Part shown: positions 12,785-24,300 of the stretch, in pieces
Layout: each line of letters starts with the position of its first letter
Numbering within the stretch: position 1 is the first letter of the stretch
DNA from: Macrostomum hystrix
Lineage: Eukaryota > Animalia > Platyhelminthes
NCBI GenBank assembly: GCA_950097015.1
Contig: CATNEN010000033.1
Location: 2,232,001-2,296,000 of the forward strand
DNA: 64,000 nt
Reading direction: 5' to 3'
Notes under the pieces: generated by a model
Databases searched by the model: none
Told to the model about the DNA's origin: nothing
Seen by the model: only the letters and a program-made list of their open reading frames with translations
Translations under genes and position numbers: made by a program

Positions 12785-13776
12785 CCGACTCTTTCTAATC
12801 TCACTCTCTCAAATCTCACTCTCTCAAATCTCACTCTTTCTAATCTCACTCTTTCTAATCTCACTCTCTCAAATCTCACTCTTTCTAATCTCACTCTTTC
12901 AAATCTTACTCTTTCTAATCTCACTCTCTCAAATCTCACTCTTTCAAATCTCACTCTTTCTAATCTCACTCTTTCTAATCTCACTCTTTCTAATCTCACT
13001 CTTTCTAATCTCACTCTCTCAAATCTCACTCTTTCTAATCTCACTCTCTCAAATCTCACTCTTTCAAATCTCACTCTTTCTAATCTCACTCTCTCAAATC
13101 TCACTCTTTCAAATCTCACTCTTTCTAATCTCACTCTTTCTAATCTCACTCTCTCAAATCTCACTCTCTCAAATCTCACTCTTTCTAATCTCACTCTTTT
13201 TAATCTCACTCTTTCAAATCTCACTCTTTCAAATCCGACTCTTTCTAATCTCACTCTCTCAAATCTCACTCTCTCAAATCTCACTCTTTCTAATCTCACT
13301 CTTTCTAATCTCACTCTCTCAAATCTCACTCTTTCTAATCTCACTCTTTCAAATCTTACTCTTTCTAATCTCACTCTCTCAAATCTCACTCTTTCAAATC
13401 TCACTCTTTCTAATCTCACTCTTTCTAATCTCACTCTTTCTAATCTCACTCTTTCTAATCTCACTCTCTCAAATCTCACTCTTTCTAATCTCACTCTCTC
13501 AAATCTCACTCTTTCAAATCTCACTCTTTCTAATCTCACTCTCTCAAATCTCACTCTTTCAAATCTCACTCTTTCTAATCTCACTCTTTCTAATCTCACT
13601 CTTTCTAATCTCACTCTTTCTAATCTCACTCTCTCAAATCTCACTCTTTCTAATCTCACTCTTTTTAATCTCACTCTTTCAAATCTCACTCTTTCAAATC
13701 TCACTCTTTCTAATCTCACTCTCTCAAATCTTACTCTTTCAAATCTCACTCTCTCAAATCTTACTCTCTCAAATCT
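12785..13776. repeat. Minisatellite, 15-nt unit, about 66 copies, downstream of the globin stop
   Basis: CTCACTCTYTCWAAT. Confidence 0.97.
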
Positions 13777-13853
13777 GACTTCCCAATTGCCAGCACCAAA
13801 GTCTCAAACTGCTCAGCTGTTCCACAACCCTGATCCCGAGTATCGAGTCGGCT

Positions 13854-15292
13854 TCAGTCCCGCAGCTCTTGACCCGCGGCGCCAGCAGCCGCAGCCCTGC
13901 CGCCCTGCCGCAGCCGAATGCCGGCCTCCATCTTGCCGGCGATGTAGCGGAAAACGCTTTGCCAGGCGCGCTCAACAGCCTTTGTGTAGCACTCGCCAAG
14001 GCGCTCCTGCAGCGCGAAGTTGATGGCCGGCCACAGCCGCTGAAGGTTGGGGAGGGAGGCGGCGGCGCTCGGTCACCTGGGTCATTGCGACAAGCCCGTT
14101 TATATGAGACTCTTTCCCTCTCTTCCCTTTCTTCCCCTCTCTTCCCCTCTCTTCCCCTCTTCCACTCTCTTCCCCTCTCTTCCCCTCTCTTCCCCTCTTC
14201 CCCTCTCTTCCCCTCTCTTCCCCTCTCTTCCCCTCTTCCCTTAACTTTACCTCTCTTCCCCTCTTCCCCTCTCTTCCCCTCTTCCAATCACTTCACCTCT
14301 CTTCTCCTCTCTTCCCCTCTTCCCATCACTTCACCTCCCTTCCCTCTTCCCCTCTCTTCCCCTCTATTCCCCTCTATTCCCCTCTCTTCCTCTCTCTTCC
14401 TCTCTTCCCCTCTCTTCCCCTCTATTCCCCTCTCTTCCCCTCTCTTCCCCTCTCTTCCCCTCTCTTCCTCTCTCTTCCCCTCTCTTCCCCTCTCTTCCGT
14501 TCTTTTCTAATATATCACCCTCTCTTCTTCTCCATTACCCTCCTTGCCCTGGCTTACTCACCATGACGTACTCCGCCCGCACGTCGAAGGAATGATGCGC
14601 CTGTCCCAGAGCCAGCAGCACCGAGTTCAGCATCAGTGTGTCGTCCAGACAGTCGACAGCCGCGCCCAGCGCCTGCATCACCGCCACGCCGTGACGCTCG
14701 ACCTTCTCCCGGTCGAACCGGCCCGACATGTCTTGCAGCGGCTGCGGCGGCGGCAACGCCTGCGACTCGGAGGCCATCAGCTTATAGAACAGATTGCGCA
14801 GATCCTTGTCGATTTGGAACAGCCTGTGGATTTAGCACTTTGCGCTCGAAGCCTATCAACACGCTTACATGAACTCGCAACTGCTACTGCGGCTGCTACT
14901 GCTACTGCGGCTGCTACAGCTACTGCTACTGCGGCTGCTAGTGCGGCTGCTACTGCGGCTGCTACTGCTACTGCTACTGCTACTGCTACTGCGGCTGCTA
15001 CTGCTACTGCTACTGCTACTGCTGCTGCTACTGCTGCTGCTACTGCAACTGCGGCTGCTACTGCTACTGCTACTGCTACTGCTACTGCTGCTGCTACTGC
15101 TGCTGCTACTGCAACTGCGGCTGCTGCTGCTACTGCTACTGCTACTGCTGCTGCTACTGCTACTGCGGCTGCTGCTGCTACTGCTACTGCTACTGCTGCT
15201 GCTACTGCTACTGCTACTGCTACTGCGGCTGCTGCTGCTGCTGCTACTGCTACTGCTACTGCGGCTGCTACTGCTACTGCTGCTGCTACTGC

Positions 15293-15353
<61 letters not shown>

Positions 15354-15619
15354 ACTGCTGCGGCTGCTACTGCGGCTGCTACTGCTACTGCTACTGCGGC
15401 TGCTACTGCTACTGCTACTGCTACTGCTACTGCTGCTGCTACTGCTGCTGCTGCTGCTACTGCTACTGCTACTGCGGCTGCTACAGCTACTGCTACTGCT
15501 ACTGCTACTGCGGCTGCTACTGCTACTGCTACAGCTACTGCTACAGCTACTGCTACTGCGGCTGCTACTGCTACTGCTACTGCTACTGCTACTGCTACTG
15601 CGGCTGCTACTGCTACTGC

Positions 15620-15668
<49 letters not shown>

Positions 15669-15874
15669 ACTGCTGCGGCTGCTACTGCGGCTGCTACTGC
15701 TGCTGCTGCTACTGCTGCGGCTGCTACTGCTACTGCGGCTGCTACAGCTACTGCTACTGCTACTGCTACTGCGGCTGCTACTGCTACTGCTACTGCTACT
15801 GCTACAGCTACTGCTACTGCTACTGCGGCTGCTACTGCTACTGCTGCTGCTGCTGCTGCTGCGGCTGCTACTGC

Positions 15875-15929
<55 letters not shown>

Positions 15930-16141
15930 ACTGCTGCGGCTGCTACTGCGGCTGCTACTGCTACTGCGGCTGCTACTGCTACTGCTACTGCTGCTGCTAC
16001 TGCTACTGCTACTGCTACTGCGGCTGCTACTGCTACTGCTACTGCTACTGCTACTGCTACTGCTGCTGCTACTGCTGCTGCTACTGCTACTGCTACTGCT
16101 ACTGCGGCTGCTACTGCTACTGCTACAGCTACTGCAGCTGC

Positions 16142-16175
<34 letters not shown>

Positions 16176-16444
16176 GCTACTGCTGCGGCTGCTACTGCGG
16201 CTGCTACTGCTGCTGCTGCTGCTACTGCTACAGCTACTGCGGCTGCTGCTGCGGCTGCTACTGCTACTGCTACTGCGGCTGCTACTGCTACTGCTGCTGC
16301 TGCTGATGCTGCGGCTGCTACTGCGGCTGCTGCTGCTGCTGCTACTGCTACTGCGGCTGCTACTGCTGCTGCTACTGCTGCTGCTACTGCTACTGCTACT
16401 GCTACTGCGGCTGCTACTGCTACTGCTACAGCTACTGCAGCTGC

Positions 16445-16478
<34 letters not shown>

Positions 16479-16549
16479 GCTACTGCTGCGGCTGCTACTG
16501 CGGCTGCTACTGCTGCTGCTGCTGCTACTGCTACAGCTACTGCGGCTGC

Positions 16550-16583
<34 letters not shown>

Positions 16584-16611
16584 GCTACTGCTGCGGCTGC
16601 TACTGCGGCTG

Positions 16612-16655
<44 letters not shown>

Positions 16656-17793
16656 GCTACTGCTGCGGCTGCTACTGCGGCTGCTACTGCTACTGCGGCT
16701 GCTACTGCTACTGCTGATCTTAGATTGAGTCGTTAACAGTCAAAAGACTCGAAAGACCACGGAGGGTATTTCAAATACTCACTGCTAACTTCACGATAGC
16801 TCCGAAACTGATTGACCAAATGAAACTGAAAAATATGAAACGAAACTGAATGACTAAATCCACGATTTGAATCTATTTTTTCCGTTTTTTTACGATGAAC
16901 TAACTTTCAAAGCCGTCCGACCTCAGCATGTTTAGATATTCAGCGACTCTTGTCGAAGACCCTGGTCACAATGACAACTAACATTGCTCTGTGTAAACCT
17001 CTATGGCGAGCCCATATTAGTTAAATAATATAAAAAGTAGCAATTTAATCAATACAAAATCATAAAAAATAACAGCCGATATAGTTACATGATTAAATTT
17101 TGTGAGCAGAAAAATTTTGTCAATATAAATGGTTTTCGCCATCAGTCACCCCGACGAGAATCATTGAATATCTCGACGATGACGATTGTTTTGTGATTCT
17201 GGGGACTTGGTTCATCGCAGAGAGCGAAAATAATTAGCGAGTTCTCTGACTTTTCATGACGATTGGTTTTGGGAGATTCAGAAAAAATGAAATTGTGGAC
17301 ATTTGAAATAGCCCGAGGTCTTTCGAGGTTAAATCCACTAGACTGAGAACCCTCACTTTGCAGCAAAAGCTGACACAAAACTCATTCGAGTCAATGCAGC
17401 AGATTGTTTCAGCCTTCAGCATGCGTGCTTGACATGGTACCATTTCAAACAACTTAGGAGGGCAGTTATGTACCCGCCCAGATGCAGCTCAACTGTCAGT
17501 CAAGGTGGCTGCAGCAGCCTGCAGGGCGACCTCAGTCGATCTGCTCCACTCACGTTGGCAGGCCGTCTCTTTCTATGCTCTAGACTCTATGCAGAGTTGG
17601 CTCACCTAGTGAAGACCAGCACGCCAGTGTCCGTGAGATCCTCGGACAAGATGGCCCAGGTCTCCCTGACCAGGGCTATCTGGGACTCCGTCAGGTAGTC
17701 ACCAATTTGATCATTCAGGTACGAGTTTGTCGAGGTCAAACGCGCGCCGACCTGGCGCTGGCGGCTGTCGGGTTTTGGAAACATGCAACCCAT
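13854..17793 (-). CDS. Globin, globin X-like, with predicted N-terminal myristoylation and palmitoylation; three coding exons (17793-17606, 14823-14562, 14039-13854), about 211 aa
   Basis: The spliced product starts MGCMFPK and contains LTESQIALVRETW (A helix), TGVLVFTRLF (B), LRNLF (CD1 Phe), VERHGVAVM (E7 His), LGQAHHSFDV (F8 His) and AVERAWQSVFRYI (H). GT-AG introns fall in phase 2 within B12 and phase 0 before G7, and exon lengths 188+262+186 keep the frame. Confidence 0.92.
14108..14500. repeat. Pyrimidine/purine simple repeat (about 10-nt CCCCTCTCTT) in globin intron 2
   Basis: Nearly pure C/T on the + strand. Confidence 0.95.
14880..16715. repeat. 1.8-kb mixed trinucleotide array (GCT/ACT/GCG) in globin intron 1
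   Basis: Continuous 3-nt periodicity; source of the spurious 730-aa and 619-aa ORFs. Confidence 0.98.
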
Positions 17794-18044
17794 GGCTGGT
17801 GCTCGGGACGGCTAGCTTTGGAGCTCCTCTCAGGTTTTTTTAGCGACTGGACAATACTGGCCCACTGCACCCCAGCGACTTGCATTTATGAGCTGGCCCT
17901 GCGGTGACTCGCCAGGTGGGATTGGTCAGGGCCGCACCAAACTGTTCTTTTAGCCTAAAGAGAACTCAGCCCTTTCCGTCACTACTGTTAGTAGGCTAAT
18001 GCAAATAAGCAGTGAATTAAGGTTAGAATAGGATAGAATATATA

Positions 18045-18150
18045 CAAGCCCCGATGGCACGGCCGTATCTTCCAAAGGCGGCGAACCGCTGTTCAGTCCA
18101 TGGACTGAGAACGCCTACACCTTAATTACACCTTACACCTTAAGCAATAT
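18045..18150 (-). mobile_element. Short relative of the 3' part of the 54.7 kb SINE
   Basis: The reverse complement GGTGTAGGCGTTCTCAGTCCATGGACTGAACAGC aligns with GGTGTGGCGTCCCCACAGTCCATGGACTGAACAGC at about 54903-54938. Confidence 0.55.
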
Positions 18151-18460
18151 GGAATTAAGTGCTTCGCTCGAGGACACAAATTTCACTAGTCCGAAGCTCT
18201 AACCTAATCCTGAGGTTAGAGTTCGCGGGATAGCGATAAGTCACAATGATGATACAAAAGCGAAGATTTTGCTTTGGAGTGGAGCAGCCCAATAGTGAAA
18301 AGATAACTCTAATTTATTGTTATTATAAAGAAAGACATCTGTCAAAAGCATTGACAGTATCGGACTACGCTAATTTGATGGCGATTGCATAAGTACAAAA
18401 AAACTGCGGTTTTGGAGCAAATAAATATATCGCGATAGTGCAGAGAGTGTCCAGCAGAAA

Positions 18461-20405
18461 TCAGTGCATGCCAAAAGGAAAATCCCTAACCATATGCGGG
18501 CCTGAAGCGCAAAATGCTCTTGCAGGCTCCGACTTGGGAGGCTTCTCAGACTTCCGAGGCTGCTCAAACTGCTGCAGACAACGAAGCGGGATGAGGCTCC
18601 ACCAGATGAAGCTGGCCATGGTGGGGTCCAGGCTTTTCAGTCTCGAGAACGGTAGCAGCGGCCTGTCCCATGCTCGCAAAAGGGCCTCGCGCTCCAAGTG
18701 CCCCAGCCTCAGCTGCAGCGCCTGGCCTGTTGACTGCACGGAAGCTGAGCAGCTGAGGTTGCAAAACTCGCTGTCTAACGAGTCCTGCTGCAATCCGAAG
18801 GTGAGCACCATGGAGCTCGTGCAGCAGGTGGGTTCTTGAACTAGGAGGGCCGCGCATTCCTCTAGATCAACAATGCGCCGTCTGGCATAGTGGGTGCGTT
18901 GTCGGCGGCTACTGTCGCTAAGGCTATCTATTATTAGCTGCTGCTGCTGCTGCTGATGCAGCATGGGTGATGAGACTTCGGCGTTGTTGTTTCCCGTCAT
19001 GCGAGCGATGCTGTCCGGCGTCCAAAAGAACTGCCGGCTGGTCGAAGTTCCGCTGGTGCTGCAGCGGCTGCTGTTTCTGTTATCTTCAAAGTCAAAGACC
19101 CTTTCCATCACGTGCTCACTTTCCGACGACTCGCCATCTGTGATACTAAAGAAGCTGTTGCTGCGGTCTCCACAACAGCCACCCTCGCCGACACTGCTGC
19201 CAAGGCCTCTCATGCTGCTGCCACCTCCAAATGAGTAACGGTAAGATTCTGGAGAACTGGCATTTGTTCTCAGTCCAGTCAGCAATTCTTCAATGGCTAA
19301 CTCATCTGGAGTGCCGACCGTGTGCGCCAGACCTTTGAGCAGGTCGCTTGGTGCTGCAAAAGCGGCTTCGCTTGGCTTGGGTCGCTTTTGCATCCCCTGC
19401 ACAGTGTGGCGCAATTTCCGCAGCTGTTGCAGCTTCTCCATTCCGTTGCCCACGCTCCTACTGTTGCTGGTTGTGGTGCGCGATGCCGGTGACGGCGAGT
19501 TAGAACCAATCAGTAAGCCGTCTGGGGGCGGTGGCCATCGGTTAAGCGACGGCTGCTGCGAGTCGAAATATACTGGCCCGCCGCAGAACTGGGGCATCAT
19601 TAGCGAGGCCGCCTTCCCTTGCTCCGGAGACAGAGCCTCGGCAGCCACGAAGCGAAGAGCAGTTGAGGATTTCGGCTCCGAGACCACCAGGCTACAGCGG
19701 ACAACACCACTGGAATCTGCAGCGGGTTTCATGATAACCCGATTGAAATCGATGGTCTGCCAGGACTGTTCCGTCAGCAGCAGGCAGCGGACCGGTGCCG
19801 CAAGGCGCTCCAAATGCCGGCTGCAGTCGTTCGCTTCGCCAGGACACTGGCTGCTGACGCAACTGCAGCTAGACTCCGGACGGCCCCGCTTGACCCAGGC
19901 GAAGCGCCCATCGTTCGCTGGACAGAGCCACTGTGAGGCCACCGCGATGCAGCAGCTCTCGCACTGATGCTGGCATTGATACTGCGGTTGCCACCACTGC
20001 ATCTGCTGGATCTGCTGCTCCAGTTGCCAAATTAATTGTTGCGTATAGGACCGATGGGCTGGCAAAACTCGAGCCATGTGCTTCGGCGAACTTGTCCCCA
20101 GCCGCACTTGCGGCAGCGGAATTTGGGACTCTCTGATGATAGTACAATTCACTGGTCTTACAGAGCCCTTGCTGCCAGCTGCATGAGCTGAGACAGTTTC
20201 AGCAGCGCAAGATTCCATCTCTCTAGAGTTCAGCGACTCGACAGGTGACTCAGTGTTGGAAAGCGATGAATCTTCCAAGGAAAACTCCACTCCTATCATG
20301 GAGAATCGCTTGCAGCAGGGGTCAGGGATAAAATCAGCAAGCATCGCTTTATATTGTTGAGCATCATGGTGCTGCTGCTCCAGCTGCTGCTGCTGCTGCT
20401 GCTGC

Positions 20406-20486
<81 letters not shown>

Positions 20487-21256
20487 CGATTGAGCGTGTG
20501 AGTAACACCACTGTGGTCCTTGCTGGCAGGGCATCTGCATGAGGTGAGTTCACATTTTTAGTCGCTTTCAAAGCAAAGCATAACTTGAACAAACGTCAAT
20601 TGTCAGACACTCTTTGCTAGTAAGGATAGATTTCCACAATACCTGGCCGTAGAATTACGTGCCCAATCCCGTCGATCAGGCTGCTGCCTCTGCCATCGCC
20701 CGGCAGCCGGTTGAGCTGGTGCAACTGCGCTCGCCGACACGAAAATTCGGGTGGACATCTCCGACTGCCAGCACGATGGTGGCGATAAGGACAGCGCCAT
20801 CCTCGACATCTGCTGAGGCGCAGTCGAATCACTTGGAGTCGGAATCACATCCAGGTTTCGACCTTGACAGCACGTCGGGCTGACATCGCCTTCTAAAAGC
20901 ACCTGATGAGTCCTGCCGCTCTTCCACCTGCTCATCCTGCTCCGTCCGCCTGACGATCGAGAGGTTCTCAAACAAGTTCCTCCGCATAGGTGGCTCGAAT
21001 TCACTGTTTGGTTCCTTCTCGGGGAGTTTTTCCGCACTGAGTCTGAGTCGACCGAGCACCGATTTAAGTCGGTGATAGGCGAGGCTGGCCTGGCGAAGGG
21101 CGCTGAGTTGTCACTTGTAGCCCAGCGGCCCGTGCAACTGCGGTGACCGTCCCGTGTAGCGGTACTGCTGTCTTCGGTGGATATTGAAGTAGTGCTTAGT
21201 CCCGGCTGCCTCCGAGTGTCTATCGTCAGCTGGGGAAGAGCGCGACACTTCTCCAC
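18461..21256 (-). CDS. Uncharacterised, largely low-complexity protein with an approximately 36-residue poly-Gln tract; large terminal exon 20534-18461
   Basis: The 627-aa ORF stays open upstream through the CAG run to an acceptor (catgcag, exon start 20534). A donor at 20643/20642 (CCAG|GTATTG) in the frame of the 217-aa ORF joins it in matching phase 2 across a 108-nt intron. No family recognised; the 5' exons are ambiguous. Confidence 0.6.
20370..20485. repeat. (CTG)n/(CAG)n microsatellite, probably coding poly-Gln on the - strand
   Basis: About 36 triplets in frame with the 18461-20344 ORF. Confidence 0.9.
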
Positions 21257-21759
21257 GCCTCTGCCGCCACTGGTTGTTGTTTCTGTTGGAGCCGAGCAGC
21301 GCCTCCCAAAGCCGCTTGTCGAATGCGTCCAGCGTCACTGGGCCCAGGCAAGGCAGTTCGTCCAGCCACTGTCAGGCGGAGACTGCTTCATTGTTGCCGA
21401 GGTTGCCGTCGCTCATGACAAGCTCTGGCGAGTGAGCCAAAATCCAAAAAGTATTGTGAGCGTTTCTCACAATACTCAATAGTTATTCTCTAAAAACGGT
21501 AGACTACTAAAGTAGCTGAGACTGAGGTCCAGCTTGTGTTTTTGGCTCTCTACCATAGAATTGGATTTCCAATCATGCGCTTCTAATTCTGTCACAAACA
21601 GAGAAGCGCTTTCTATGTTTGGCAAATGGAGGTTTCGCTGCTGCTTTCGCCAAGTTTGTGCCTCTCTCGTGCTTCTTTGTTCGTCCTTAGGATGCGTCTG
21701 GAAGAACACACAATAAAAACTACTGGCGGAGCCAACCATCGCCTGCAGTCCTTTTGATA

Positions 21760-23609
21760 TCATGCGAGCGAGAGTCCGCGTCACAACCGGAGAAATCATC
21801 AGGAGCAACGGAGCTGCGCCATTCAGCAAGTGCAGAACGCACAATGACGTGGTTCGACCAGAAACGGAACAGAATAAGAAACCATCATCGACGACTCTCC
21901 CTGACAAAAGCAAGAAGCCGCAATGCATGGGTGCGATCGAGCACCCATGCGTACAAGACCCGAAATGTCCGCTCTGGGAAGATCTGTAAGGATGCGGCAA
22001 ACCAAAATTGCTCCCACTGCATCATCTCACAGCGAAGAGCAAAGCCGCAGATGAAGATCCGATCCATTAGTAGACGCCTGAGGACAGTTGGTCAGAGCGA
22101 AGTTCCACCCGTGGAAGTCACGGCCGTAGGCAGAAGCGGAAGCTACCAGGCGTTGCTTGACACGGCCGCCGAGGTGTCCACCATTCGACTAGCGGATTCG
22201 AAACGCTCTGGCCAGAAATAGAATCAGACCAAATCTGACGCGCGGAACTACGATAACAGCGCCATCCCAGGCATCATCGGATACATATCCCCAGAAGTCA
22301 GCATTCAAGACCGGGTGACAACCGCAACACTGTACGCTCGTACGTCACACAAGACTATCTGAAACTGTGAAGAGTTGAGAGAACCAGTCAGCGGTTTAAT
22401 TGTCAGAAAGGTACGCGCTCACACTCGCATGCAGCGCGGGTCATTTATATTATTTTATCAGCACGTTGGCATCAATGTACATATATTATTTGAACAGTAT
22501 TAATGTACATACTGGCTAGGATAGGCAGGTAATAAATTGACAACGTGCTCAGGTGTATAGTTTTGCACTAAATGAAAAGTAAGCAGCGGAGCTCTCACAG
22601 AAACCTATCGTCGGACTAGATCTGATTAGAAGACTAGGACTCAAATTCGATGGTGCCTCCATGCAAGTATCGACGGTCACAGAGCTGAAGTGATTTCCCA
22701 CAACTCAAGGACGAATCGCTTGGTACCTATCCGGATTATACGTACAACATTACACTACAGAGCGACGCAACCCTAAAATACATTCCCGCCCGTACAATCC
22801 CACTTGCCCGCCGCGAAGCAGCCATCAACGAGATTAAGAACATGGAAGATTTGGGGATTTGGACTCCTGTTGTGAAGAGCTCATAGAGCAGCGCACTCGT
22901 CACAGTCTGGAAAACGGATGGTGGCGTCCGAATAGCAACCGACTTTTCCTATCTAAACAAGTTTATTGTCCCGAACAGGCATCCAATACCAAACATCAGC
23001 GAATTGTTCCTCAAGCTGAACGGCACGCGGTACAAGTCAAAGATCGACCTAAAACGCGCCTATTTCCATATAAAACTGGATGAAGAGAGTAAGCTCTTGA
23101 CGACAACAGCAACGCCAATAGGACTCTATGCCTACAATCACCCACCAATGGGCCTCGCAGACTCTGCGTCTGTATTTCAGCGATTTGTGAGCGATACCCT
23201 CGGAGACTGCAACCAAACGATAGTATACATAGACGACATACTCGTGCATGGACGAACGATCAGAGAGCACGAAGGGGAAACAAAGGAGTGCCACCCAAGA
23301 GACTTATCGAGGAAATGTAAACAACGAACTAACGAGTAGAGAGCATCCATTTTTTAGGAGGGGGAAGTTGATGTGGACTTACATACTAACTGCGATTACT
23401 TTTTGTTGTGCTCGTGCGAAGTGTCTAGGGGTAAAACCTCCTAACACATTACTGTAGTAAAGAGAGCCCGCAAGCCAGCGGCCTATGGAATATATAACGA
23501 AACAAAAGAATGAGAAGCACGAGCAAGGTTGACGACAAGGTCACACCTGCCTACGAATTATTCATACGAATACAACTGCTCGTCTTTTTCCCTGCCTTGC
23601 AACACATCA
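21760..23609 (+). mobile_element. Degenerate, internally deleted Ty3/gypsy LTR retrotransposon (gag knuckle remnant, protease, partial RT, PPT, 3' LTR)
   Basis: Protease motifs YQALLDTAAEVSTI and PIVGLDLIRRLGL. RT motifs KTDGGVRIATDFSYLNK, SKIDLKRAYFHI, PMGLADSASVFQR and YIDD (23226-23237). PPT AGGAGGGGGAAG at 23356-23367, then a 241-bp LTR at 23369-23609 bounded by TGATGTG...CACATCA. Stops and frameshifts are present; no RNase H, integrase or 5' LTR seen. Confidence 0.9.
22366..22599. mobile_element. Solo LTR (234 bp) inserted into the gypsy protease region
   Basis: Termini TGTGA...TCACA, with a 5-bp target-site duplication GAAAC at 22361-22365 and 22600-22604 and AATAAA at 22531. Removing it restores YVTQDYLKPIVGLDLIRRLGL. 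Confidence 0.85.
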
Positions 23610-24300
23610 CAATGGTCCTCAGAGACCTATTTCATCCACCGTGCGAACGCTGGGCGCATAGCTGCGGCCTCAAGCTCTCAGAGTCCAAGACCATTTCCAC
23701 CATGATCCAGCAGACGAAACTCGAGGATTGAGCCTCTTCTTCTCTACATGTATGTCAAATCCTCTGCCATGGAAAAGCAAACGATATGTTTATGTGTTAT
23801 CCTCGTCCAGAGGTTGAGCTGGACGCCTCACATACAATCCAAAGCCGGCAAAGCTCTGGCAACGCTTGCGCAGATCCGCAGAGCCTTCGGCGCTACGTGG
23901 GGCCTCACCTCCCGCCGTCTCTGGATTTGCTCTACATTTTCACGCCGGTCATTAATTTTGCCTTATTTATTTGGAACAATGCCCTGGAGACCAAAGGGGT
24001 TCTTGAGCCCAAAGGTAGGCGCAGGGCAGCCTTGTTATAAGCCATCTTGAGTGCGTGTCAAACCGGCCATCTCTGAAGTGGACTGGTCGCTCTTTGACCC
24101 CCTGCCTGCAGTCTCCACCCGTCGCTATAGTCACCTCTCGGTTTAACCAGTGGGTTATGTGGATTATCCAAGTACAAGGGCATGTTGGATCAACAGTCTC
24201 GCCCTGGTGTGGCCGCAGTGAGGATTGTTGGATAAGAAGGACGGCGTCCTTAACGACAGAAACTATTGGCTTTCCCTAGCAAAGTATATAACGGGGAACA
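23610..24300 (+). mobile_element. Degenerate non-LTR retrotransposon (LINE) RT C-terminal fragment
   Basis: Frameshifted peptides CERWAHSCGLKLSESKT and CVILVQRLSWTPHIQSKAGKALATLAQIRRAFGATWGL match typical LINE RT end motifs (W...GL..S..KT; LGV.LD..L.W..H). The right boundary is approximate. Confidence 0.75.

Noticed and set aside
12679-14023. (SNLTL)n and (RVRLE)n ORFs resembling pentapeptide-repeat proteins
   Set aside because: They arise from a stop-free 15-nt minisatellite that is open on both strands, with no unique coding context.
14544-16736. 730-aa Ala/Thr ORF resembling an antifreeze glycoprotein (AAT repeats), and the overlapping 619-aa poly-Leu ORF
   Set aside because: Both are translations of a trinucleotide array lying antisense within globin intron 1. 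The N-terminus is the antisense of globin exon 2 and there is no signal peptide.
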